DNA of 64,000 nt. Source: Hydrolagus colliei (lineage: Eukaryota). This document shows positions 1-10,159 of the stretch, one piece after another. How positions within the stretch are numbered: the stretch's first letter is position 1; every line of letters begins with the position of its first letter. Location: positions 4,030,001-4,094,000 of the forward strand of contig CM068771.1 of the NCBI GenBank assembly GCA_035084275.1, written 5' to 3'. The notes below the pieces were generated by a model. It was given only the letters and a program-made list of their open reading frames with translations, made no database searches and was not told the origin of the DNA. The position numbers and the translations under genes are program-made.

Positions 1-906
1 GAGCGCATCTTTTTCCATCTGTTCCTGTAACGCTGAGAGTTGTTGTTGGACTGAATCTAAATTTCTCTGAATCTCTCGCAGATTATTCTCCATCCGGTGT
101 AAAATCTCCCCCTCTCGCTGTCTGAGCTCTCGGATTACACGCTGCTCTCTGTCAGTGAGGCTCTGGTGCAGTTTAGCAAACTCAGCCGTGACATTGTTCT
201 CCAGACTGTTCGCCTGTTCCTGCAAAATGAAGTGTCAGACATCACACTGCGCACGGTAAAGAGAGAAACACGACTGAGATTCTAGACATCAGCCCCAACA
301 CAACTTACCTTAACTTGTGAGATCTTTTGCTTCTGTTTAACTTCAGCTGCTAGAGCAGCGGCCTTGCTCTGTGTGAGAGAAGCTAAGGAGGATTTCACTT
401 TCTCCTGGGAAAAAATACAAACGGTGAGAAAAAGCTTATTTATGCAAACACAGACTGAGATCAGACTGAGCAGAATCGATAAGATGGTGTTCTACCTTAC
501 AAACCTGAACAGCCTCCTGTATTGGTATGAAATTGTGATTTCTGTGTTTCGAAGCATCTCTACAAATCACACAGATCAATTTTTTATCAGTTTGGCAAAA
601 CAACTTCAGTTCCTTCCGATGCTCCTCACAGTGACGCTGACTGTCCCTCAGTGTCGCAGTCAACTTTAGACGTTGAGCTCTCTCCACCAGTCTCGCCAGA
701 GCCCGATTAACCTTCAGGTTACTTTTACCAACAACCTGTCGACATTCAGGACAGGAGTTTGTCCCCTGTGTTTCCCAGCTGCATGTGATACAGGAGCGAC
801 AGTAGTTGTGGCCACACTCCAGGATAACAGGTTCAGTAAAGAGAGCCAGACAAACAGGACAAATTAACTCCTCTGTCCAGCTTTGATCCTGGTGTCTAGA
901 CGCCAT
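1..906 (-). CDS. TRIM protein (RING, B-box 2, coiled coil; TRIM39/A33/NF7-like), 5' partial model. Exons 906-496, 404-309, 219-<1; continues off the window
   Basis: The ORF encodes a C3HC4 RING (CPVC..CGHNYC..C..CPEC) and a B-box (CEEH..LFC..D..LIC..C...H..H). GT-AG junctions give a 411-nt exon, a 96-nt exon (EKVKSSLASL...) and a helical exon (EQANSLENNVTAEFAKLHQ...), all phase 0, as expected for class IV TRIMs. Confidence 0.92.
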
Positions 907-938
907 GTTCACCTTCAATTCCCCCTGGTTGTAACTTT

Positions 939-951
939 ACTTTCAGTTTCC
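939..951 (-). promoter_or_regulatory. ISRE/IRF element GGAAACTGAAAGT, 33 nt upstream of the TRIM ATG
   Basis: Exact GAAANNGAAA match on the coding strand. Confidence 0.55.
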
Positions 952-2664
952 AATATGTATATGCCCTGCCCAGTGACAGAGTTCACTTCACTCTCTGATC
1001 GATGTATTTTCTCCTTTGGAACTGGGATTGTGAACAAGGTCCAGGATTTAAATTATCCTCGGAAAAGTGATCCGATAATTGACTGCCAATTGGATTCCTG
1101 ATTATGTCCAGGTAAAAAGTGGCATGCAGAGTTGGAATCTTCAAAGCCCTCCATGGACTTGCTTGCCCCCTACCTCTCCAAACTTCTAAGACAAGGCAAA
1201 TTTCTGTCCGCCTCTGCTCGGCAGACACTGGCCTGCTTCATGTCCCCCATACGTCATGCTCCACTATCGGCGGTCGAGCATTTAGCACCGATGCCTCCAC
1301 ACTCCAGAACTCTCTTCCACATTCCTTCTGCTTACCCCTCTCTTGCTCCCACTCTTGCCCCTTTGAAGTCCCATCCAAAGACCTTCCCCCGCAAACAATC
1401 AGAAACATCAAAACGCTACACTTCATTCTCTTTATACTGCCATCTCCTTCCCCTCCCTTCCTGGCCTCTCTCACTCTCTGACTCCCTCCATCTCTCTTCT
1501 CTCGCAATCACTTAACCGCGCGTTCCAACCCTCAAGATCTGCCTGGAGCTGAATCCCCGTACACCACTATGATCCAACCCAAGGGTCAAGGAATGTACAG
1601 TCCGACTTGAGAGAACTTTTCAATAAAAAAGTTTAAATTTCTGCAACTTTTTTTTACCCGTTTTCTGTGAACACTATTTATCAAGGTATCAATCACCTTC
1701 TTGGTTTGTAAATGACAGTGAGCATTGTGTTCAGGGCTTTACACATCAGCAATTGGTGACAGTGCCTCGGGACTTCCTCCTGACGTCAGAGGTGCTATAT
1801 GTTGTAGTAATTGGCGTTACTATGTTGTCAGTAATTGGGTTAAAACAAAGGATGAGATTTAATACATCGATAGCGGTCAGCCTCAGAAGCTGCTTATTTC
1901 AGATTAAATGCCCGGCTCTTTCGTGTCCGATTTAACCGGCGTCCATTGTATCCACCCAGTCGGTCAATTTAACCCTCAGTAAATGATTCTGTTTCTGATA
2001 TCGCACTCTAACTTACCTACATCGGGAGACACGAGGGAAAGGTAAATTTGCTCGGGTCCAGGTGTGATGTAAGCAATAATACTGATGTGAATTTTACTGT
2101 TTAACCATGTCCTAGAAGTTCTCAGCTCTTATGTTTATGGTGTAACCTCTTTGAGATGTCCACCTGACACGAAAGGCGCTTCTCAAACGTCAGGATTATT
2201 ATTGATGTTTTACTGTGAATAATAGGGTGAAGTTTCCCCATCAACACCGCCATTCCACAAGCCTCTGTTTATCCAGCAGGGAAAAGGACCACAGTTCTAG
2301 GGCGATTTCCGATCACTTTACTGGGGTCACAATCCCTTAACAATAATAACATTTGCTCACGAAATCCACAACTGTTTGTGAAACACTGCGCTGACAGGAG
2401 CTCACTTTAATGTTTTGTTTGATGAATGCCAGTTCTGACGATGTCGCAAACCCCACACTCCACCCTCCCCCTCCCCCACCCAACGCCCCCCTCCCCACCC
2501 AGCGCCTGCATTCAAGTGTCATGGTAGACTGTGGTTCCACGGCCCAGTGTGTGGCTTCCACCCACAACCTTCTGACTCAGAGTTGAGGGCCCCAGTGTTT
2601 GAGCCAGTATGAATCTCACACACACACACACACACACACACAGAAGTACATCGGGTACAAACAG

Positions 2665-2670
2665 TTTAAT
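2665..2670 (-). terminator. Probable HSP70 polyadenylation signal (ATTAAA) with a downstream GU-rich tract
   Basis: ATTAAA on the minus strand about 300 nt after the stop, followed by TGTTTGT and a (GT)n tract (2617-2641). Confidence 0.55.
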
Positions 2671-2967
2671 AAAATAAAATTCAGAGTCCAGCTGCTGTCG
2701 CTGTGACATACATTCATAGCAGATCATTAGTTCAAAATATACATAGAATCATTCAATCTTACCGCAAATAAGTAGACCATTAGGCCCATTGTATCTGCGC
2801 TGGCTGTTTGAAAGATCTACCCAATCAGTCCCACACCCTTACTCTTAACCCATAGCCCTATACGTTTATCATTTATACATATATCCCAAAGTGTCTGAAG
2901 GTGGGAAAGGTTAACACCTGAGCAGGTACAGAAAAGCCAAAGGGGCAGGAAGTCCATCGGCTGACGT

Positions 2968-4872
2968 TTAATCGACTTCCTCCACGGTTGGGCCGGTAGA
3001 TGGGCAGCTCTTGCCTGATCGCTGACCGCCCTCTGCCCCTCCCTGCCTCAGCCTGGCCATGACAGCACTACACACCCTCTCCAGCTCCTTCAGCTGGTGC
3101 TCAAACTCTTCCTTCTCCGCTGTCTGGTTTCCATCCAGCCAGTTGATGACCTGTTTGCACTTGTCCAGCACCTGCCGCCTGTCCTCCTCTCCCACCTTGC
3201 CCTCCATGCTCTTGTCCTCCATCGCGCTTTTGGCTGTGTAGACGAACGACTCCAGCTTGTTCTTGGCCATCACCCTCTCCCGCTGCGTCTCATCATCCGC
3301 CTTGTACCTCTCAGCCTCCTGCACCATCCTCTCGATCTCCTCCTTGCTCAGCCGGCCCTTCTCGTTGGTGATGGTGATCTTGTTCTCATTACCAGTGCTC
3401 TTGTCAGCGGCCGAGACACTAAGGATGCCGTTGGCATCGATGTCGAAGGTAACCTGGATCTGCGGGACCCCGCGGGGAGCCGGGGGGATTCCACTCAGCT
3501 CAAACTTGCCCAGGAGGTTGTTGTCTTTGGTCATGGCTCTCTCGCCCTCGTAGACTTGCACCAAGACATCGGACTGGTTGTCGGAGTAGGTGGTGAAGAC
3601 CTGGGTCTGTTTGGAGGGTATGGTTGAGTTTCTCTTGATGAGGGAGGTCATGACGCCTCCCGCTGTCTCCAGACCCAGGGACAGAGGAGTCACGTCCAGC
3701 AGGAGCAGATCCTGCACATTCTCAGACTTGTCGCCCATCAAGATGGCGGCTTGCACAGCTGCCCCGTAGGCCACTGCCTCATCCGGGTTGATGCTCTTGT
3801 TCAGCTCTCGGCCATTGAAGAAATCCTGTAGAAGCTTCTGGATCTTCGGGATGCGAGTGGAGCCACCGACGAGGACAACTTCGTGGATCTGAGACTTGTC
3901 CAGCTTGGCGTCTGTCAACGCTTTCTCCACTGGCTCCAGGGTTCCTCTGAACAGGTCTCCATTGAGCTCCTCAAACCGTGCCCTGGTGATGGAGGTGTAG
4001 AAGTCAATTCCCTCAAACAGTGAGTCGATCTCAATGCTGGCTTGGGTGCTTGAAGACAGAGTCCTCTTTGCTCTCTCGCAGGCTGTCCTCAGCCTCCTGA
4101 CTGCTCTCTTGTTCTGGCTGATGTCCCTCTTGTTTTTCCTCTTGAACTCCTGGATGAAGTGGTCGACCATACGGCTGTCAAAGTCCTCGCCCCCCAGGTG
4201 GGTGTCACCGGCTGTGGATTTGACCTCAAAGATCCCGCCGTCGATGGCGAGGATGGACACGTCGAAGGTGCCTCCACCCAGGTCAAAGATCAGGACGTTC
4301 TTCTCCCCCTGGCCCTTCTTGTCCAGACCGTAGGCGATGGCGGCTGCCGTGGGCTCATTAATGATGCGAAGGACGTTGAGCCCCGCGATCATCCCGGCGT
4401 CTTTGGTGGCCTGGCGCTGGGAGTCGTTGAAGTAAGCGGGCACCGTGATGACAGCGTTGGTGACTCTGGAGCCCAGATAAGCCTCGGCGATCTCCTTCAT
4501 CTTGGTCAGAACCATGGACGAGATCTCTTCGGGGTTGAACGTCTTGGACTCTCCCTTGTACTCAACCTGCACCTTGGGCTTGCCCCCCTGGCTCACCACC
4601 TGGAAAGGCCAGTGCTTCATGTCCGCCTGCACCACAGGGTCATCGAACTTCCTCCCGATCAGCCTCTTGGCATCGAAGACGGTGTTGGGGGGGTTGAGGG
4701 CCGCTTGGTTCTTGGCGGCTTCGCCGATCAGCCTCTCGGTGTCGTTGAAGGCCACGTAGCTGGGTGTGGTGCGGTTGCCCTGGTCGTTGGCGATGATCTC
4801 CACCTTGCCGTGCTGGAATACACCCACACACGAGTAGGTGGTGCCCAGGTCGATGCCAATCGCTGGGGCCAT
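2968..4872 (-). CDS. hsp70: Cytosolic heat-inducible HSP70 (HSPA1-type), intronless CDS, 634 aa
   Basis: Single ORF with [67 protein letters not shown] and C-terminal EEVD. No introns and no GGMP repeats. HSEs lie upstream. Confidence 0.98.
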   Translation of the reverse strand: MAPAIGIDLGTTYSCVGVFQHGKVEIIANDQGNRTTPSYVAFNDTERLIGEAAKNQAALNPPNTVFDAKRLIGRKFDDPVVQADMKHWPFQVVSQGGKPKVQVEYKGESKTFNPEEISSMVLTKMKEIAEAYLGSRVTNAVITVPAYFNDSQRQATKDAGMIAGLNVLRIINEPTAAAIAYGLDKKGQGEKNVLIFDLGGGTFDVSILAIDGGIFEVKSTAGDTHLGGEDFDSRMVDHFIQEFKRKNKRDISQNKRAVRRLRTACERAKRTLSSSTQASIEIDSLFEGIDFYTSITRARFEELNGDLFRGTLEPVEKALTDAKLDKSQIHEVVLVGGSTRIPKIQKLLQDFFNGRELNKSINPDEAVAYGAAVQAAILMGDKSENVQDLLLLDVTPLSLGLETAGGVMTSLIKRNSTIPSKQTQVFTTYSDNQSDVLVQVYEGERAMTKDNNLLGKFELSGIPPAPRGVPQIQVTFDIDANGILSVSAADKSTGNENKITITNEKGRLSKEEIERMVQEAERYKADDETQRERVMAKNKLESFVYTAKSAMEDKSMEGKVGEEDRRQVLDKCKQVINWLDGNQTAEKEEFEHQLKELERVCSAVMARLRQGGAEGGQRSGKSCPSTGPTVEEVD

Positions 4873-5081
4873 TGTCCTGCCGTCTGTACGTGAGCGCGTC
4901 TGTACGTGACTTAGATCCTTTGGCTCCGAATCGCTGTCCCAATGTCAGTGAGTCTTGGACTGAAGTCGCCGCGAAGGTGTTTTCCTCTTTATGTCTTCTT
5001 CTTGTAGCTCCGTCCTTCGCTCTCTCTCTTCTTTCTCTCGCTCTCCCTTCTTGTTTCTCAGGCTTTCAGTCTCTCAGCCCC

Positions 5082-5468
5082 TCTCAGTGTCAGTCTGTCT
5101 CAGTGTCAGTCTGTCTCAGTGTCAGTCTGTCTCAGTGTCAGTCTGTCTCAGTGTCAGTCTGTCTCAGTGTCAGTCTGTCTCAGTGTCAGTCTGTCTCAGT
5201 GTCAGTCTGTCTCAGTGTCAGTCTGTCTCAGTGTCAGTCTGACTCAGTGTCAGTCTGTCTCAGTGTCAGTCTGACTCTCAGTCTGTCTCAGTGTCAGTCT
5301 GTCTCAGTGTCAGTCTGTCTCAGTGTCAGTCTGTCTCAGTGTCAGTCTGTCTCAGTGTCAGTCTGTCTCAGTGTCAGTCTGTCTCAGTGTCAGTCTGTCT
5401 CAGTGTCAGTCTGTCTCAGTGTCAGTCTGTCTCAGTGTCAGTCTGACTCTCAGTCTGTCTCAGTGTCT
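5082..5468. repeat. 16-bp tandem repeat (GTCAGTCTGTCTCAGT)n, about 24 units, inside the predicted HSP70 5' UTR
   Basis: Directly visible, with occasional variant units (GTCAGTCTGACTCTCAGT). Lies between the TATA box and the ATG. Confidence 0.95.
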
Positions 5469-5493
5469 GAGCCTGGCTTCACTCCTCGCCCTG

Positions 5494-5654
5494 TATATAA
5501 AGGCTGGTTTCTTGGTTGTGGGCGGGGCTTGGCAGCCTCGGGGGGAGGGGCAATCAGTGGGCGTCAATGTGACGTCACAAAGAGGGCGTCACCTTGACGC
5601 TTCCGGGTCGGCGGCCAATCGGAGCGCGTGGAACGTTGTGGAGACTTCAGGAAG
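5494..5654 (-). promoter_or_regulatory. HSP70 proximal promoter: TATA (5494-5501), GC box (5520-5528), CRE TGACGTCA (5570-5577), CCAAT (5615-5619), HSE GGAGA-CTTCA-GGAAG (5640-5654)
   Basis: Motifs read directly; the combination matches vertebrate HSP70 promoter organisation. Confidence 0.8.
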
Positions 5655-5712
5655 GAACCCAGTCCAGAAACAGCTGGAAATCAGAGGAACTTCATTCCCA
5701 GCTCTGGGAGAT

Positions 5713-6062
5713 CTGACCTGGGGGAGGGGCTCAGACCTGGGGGAGGGGCTCAGACCTGGGGGAGGGGCTCAGACCTGGGGGAGGGGCTCAGACCTGGGGG
5801 AGGGGCTCAGACCTGGGGGAGGGGCTCAGATCTGGGGGAGGGGCTCAGACCTGGGGGCGGGGCTCAGACCTGGGGGAGGGGCTCAGACCTGGGGGAGGGG
5901 CTCAGACCTGGGGGAGGGGCTCAGACCTGGGGGAGGGGCTCAGATCTGGGGGAGGGGCTCAGACCTGGGGGCGGGGCTCAGACCTGGGGGAGGGGCTCAG
6001 ACCTGGGGGAGGGGCTCAGAACTGGGGGAGGGGCTCAGAACTGGGGGAGGGGCTCAGACCTG
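5713..6062. repeat. 19-bp G-rich minisatellite (GACCTGGGGGAGGGGCTCA)n, about 18 units
   Basis: Directly visible; two units carry GGGGGCGGGG variants. Confidence 0.95.
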
Positions 6063-6254
6063 TGGGGGTCAACAGGGAAAAGGGGCTCAAACGCCTCAAA
6101 ATCAGCCCCAAACTTCAGTAAAAAAACAATGTCTCCAAACTGCTGGCAATCTGCTGAGAATTAGCGGGAAAAACAGCCGGAATCAACCGCGAATTCGTGT
6201 GGAATTATTATTGTTGTTGTTGTTGTGATTGTGCGGAGACGTCCGGGATCAACG

Positions 6255-7250
6255 GGAATCGGGTTAAACTTCCAGAACGATCAGCTGGCCACGTGCCAGA
6301 GGTTCATGCGAAATTACCAGGCGCGGCCGGTAGCTTCTGGAAAGTGCTGGATGTGTGCGAAAGCTTCCGGAGAGTTCTGGAAACCATCGGGCGTTCAGAT
6401 ACAATTGCTTGGAACTTTTGCTGAAACTGGGGAAAGAGTTAAGACACTTTGGGAAATCAGCCAGAGATTCATTAAGTGCAATGTAAATGTGTAAATGTGT
6501 CAAAAACATCTTGAAGTTGAATGTAAGTTTGCGTGAAGTTGTAATTATTATCTTAATATGAAAATAATAATAATAATCCTCGCATTTGATCTGGTGCTTT
6601 TTCATGTCTTATCGACGTCACAAAGCGCTTCACAGAATGTACTGTAAAGTGAATTGAAATGTGCTAACTTAATGGAAATCAGCAGATATTTCAAGAAAGT
6701 GCAGCTGGAAATGAGCCAAAAGTTCACGTGAAAGTGGGCTGGGCACTATTGGTGACTAATGTAACTTCTAGAAAGTGCTGGAAAAACAGCTGAAAATTCG
6801 CTGAAACTCCTGGAAAGTGCTCTAATAAACTGGAAATTCAGATCAAATTGTTCTGAATATTTGTTGAAATTTTGGGAACGTTTTAAGACACAGCTGGAAA
6901 TCAGCCAAATCTTCATTAAAATTGTTCAAAACACCTTGACGTTGAACGTAAGTTAATGTGAAGTTATTATTATTTCAATGTGAACATGTGTGAAATTTAT
7001 GCAAATCAACGGATGTTTCAAGATGGAAGTGCAGATGGAAATTAGCCAAACGTTCACGTGAAAGTGTCTACTGATGATCAGCTGTAACTTCTAGAAAGTG
7101 CTGGAAAAAAGCTTTAAACTTTGAATAAGCTTCCAGAAAGTGCTGGGGTTGGTTAGAAATACATATCAAACGGTTTGCAATGCGAACTGACTTTCGGGGG
7201 AAAGTGTTTGAAACAGCTGGAAATCAGACAAAGCTTCAAAAAGAAGTACA
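6255..7250. promoter_or_regulatory. Distal heat-shock element cluster within three degenerate tandem units
   Basis: nTTCnnGAAn arrays at 6269-6278, 6334-6343, 6364-6383, 6765-6784, 7088-7107 and 7130-7139; CACGTG at 6290, 6725 and 7055. Confidence 0.7.
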
Positions 7251-10159
7251 AAAATGGCTTGAAGGCAATGATAAGAACAACTCGATCAGCCACGCGTTTG
7301 ATATAGTGGCTCATTACATTGTTGAGACAAGGAGAACAACAACAACATTACAGTGATAGAGCGCCTTTCACGTTGCTTCATACAATGATGCAAGGTGAAT
7401 TTAGATATACTTTGTGGGCGAAACCCAACTGCACACAGTGGTGTCCCATAAACAGTCCTGGAATGAATGACTCATTACTATTAATATAATTGTTTGCTTA
7501 TTTATTTATTGGTCTGTTTATCTATTTACTTTTTGAAGGGATTATCACCCACTGAAATGTGCCTCCTGCAAAGTTGTTTTTGTTATATTATTATATGAAG
7601 GGGTGATAACATCAGTCATTCTGTGTATTGGAACAAATGGGAAGAAGATCAGGACTTACAGAAGGTGGGAGGCTGTGAGGCTGAGCGCTAACTTCTTGTG
7701 ATTGAACTTTGACGAGATGGAAGCCATACTCACTCATTGGCTTGTATCACCATCTCCTATCCTATAGTTTTGACTTCCTCAACCTCCCCTGGCCTATCCC
7801 TCAGACTCACCGAACCTGTATGCACCTTGGTGTCAAGCTGTCCACAAGTGTCCTTCATTCCCCACGTCCTGTCGCTAGACTTGTGTGGGGTGGGGACAGA
7901 TAACTAGAACAACAACTTTGATTTCCATAGCTCCCTCACTCCACACCGGACGGTGTCTCAGAGCGCTTCACAATAATGGATCCTGGGCCCAAGCCAGGGG
8001 GGGAAAAAGGTGACTGAAGGCATCGTAGTCGAAAAGAAAGGTCTTCATATGAGACCTGAAACTAGAAGGAGAGGGGGCGAGGTGAAGGGAGTGATGAAGG
8101 GAGTTCCAAAGCCTCGGGGTGTAGTTGCTGAAGGCACGGCTGCCGATAGTGGAGCGGAGGATTCGGGTGACCAGGAGGACACCAGAACTGGAGGAGCGAA
8201 GGCAATGGGTGTGTGTGGGGTCGGGATAAATGCGTATGGGGCGGGGACAGGTCTTACTGTGAACTGTCCTCAGGAGAATGAACAAGGAGGAGTTGCCATG
8301 GGCGGAGGAGAGAAATTCTGATATTTAATGAGAAATGCATATTGTTTGTCAATGACGAGAGAACCGATCGACCTGGAACCAACAGCAGCAAGAAACACAG
8401 GTCCGACATTGCAACCCAGGGGTTCGAGACTAACAACAACAACTACAACACAAGCACCAATATGAGTGAGTGAGTGAGGGAGGGATATACAGAGAGTTTT
8501 GTGCTGGTGAGTAGATACCTCCCAACCATCTCTACCAATCTGTTCGCCCCCTTCATCGCAGCGGCTCCTGTCTGCTTCATGTCTCCGCCAGACCCGCCCT
8601 ACCACGGCCGGGCTTTCAGCCCCTCTGCCCCCACACTCTGGAACTACAATCCCCCAGTCCCTTTGCCTCACTTCCTCCCTTGCCTCCTTTACGGCCGGTC
8701 TCAAGACACTCCTTTCCGATCGTGCCATCTGCTGCCCTCCCACCTCTCTCCGTACCCACCGCAGTACCCTGCCCTTCCCCCCCTGCTCGGGTCCCAACCC
8801 CTGAGTGTCGCGGGCATACCTTGGGACGTACGCCTGACGCAGGAAGAGGTTGGTGGGTGGGAGGGGAGCCAGAGGGTTGGGGACCGACAAATAATATATA
8901 ATAATAATCCTTGCATTTGATATAGCGCTTTCCACTTCTTATCAACGTCTCAAAGCGCTTCATAGAGTATACTGTGAAGTGAAGTGACTGTATATATTTG
9001 TGGGCGAATCGCGGCAGCCAATTGCGCACAGCAGCGTCCCCCACACACAGTCGTGGATTGAAATGACCCATTTTAATTGTCATTTATTCGTCATAAATCA
9101 TCCAGGTCACTGTCCTCTCTCTCTCCAGGCTCCGTGAGCCTTTCACCCCCATCCTCACCTGACTCCACCGGCCTCCCATCACACAGAGGATTGTGTACAG
9201 GATTCTTTACTTCACCTTGAAAGCCCTCCATACCCCCCCCCCCCCCCCCCCCTCCCCAGCTTCTCTGACTTTTTCTGTGTGCCCACAAAACACACAATCA
9301 GTTCACTTCATGGTATATTCTGTTAAGTATTTTGTGGTGTCTCGAAGCTGTGATAAGGTGCTCTGTCAAACACAAGGATTAATTAAGTTTCAATACTTTC
9401 ATTTATTCACGCAAGCTGTCCACGATTGAAACAGAATTATTCGGCAATTTTAAGCGCGACTGTTTGTGGGACACATTGCTGTGTGCGATTGGCGCCAGTA
9501 TTTCCTGAGATCACCTCGGGCAGTCCTCCCATCAATTACTCCAACCGACAGAACACTTTTGATCCAAATCAACAACAACAGCAACAACAAGATTACATTT
9601 GTATAATGGCTTTCACGTCAGGAGGACGTCCCAAGGCTCTGGACAGTTACTGCTTCAGACCTGACCTGAGCATGGAGGAGGTGTGGGGGGGTGGGGGGGG
9701 GGGGGGTGGAAGGGGGAAGGGGAGAATAAGGAGTTGCCAATGAGTCCATCGAAGAGGAGAGTCTTGAGGCGAGACTTGGAGGAGGCCAGGGAATCAATAA
9801 GAACTTTTAAGAGAAATAGATAGTTGTTTGGGGAGGAGAGTTTTTGCAGGGATATGGGGAGAGAGCGTGGGAGTGGGATTGCTTTGGACAGCACACATGA
9901 TAAGCCGAATGGCCTCCTTTTGTGCCTTAAAATTCTATGATCCTATGACCCTCACCTACCTTGCCAGCAGCTGTTCGTCTGGGAATCCTCAGCTACGTTT
10001 GGCTGATGGACATCAGAGGCAACATGTAGAAGAGTGAAGAGCGGCCATCTTTGTTGCTGGCATAGAGCCCTGGCCCATTTTAAAGGGACGATCCCGTGTC
10101 CCCCTACAAAGAATATTTTTACCCACTGCCTAGTTAATGGCTGAGGGCTGACCGCCTTA

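Noticed and set aside
3097-4893. Long plus-strand ORFs (176 and 244 aa) opposite HSP70
   Set aside because: Shadow frames produced by HSP70 codon bias. The HSP70 antisense frame is a known source of spurious NAD-glutamate dehydrogenase annotations.
5082-6062. CRISPR-like array
   Set aside because: Head-to-tail repeats with no unique spacers, in a vertebrate genome.
4872-6228. ORFs of 241, 301 and 178 aa with repetitive peptides
   Set aside because: Translations of the stop-free 16-bp and 19-bp arrays; no independent coding evidence.
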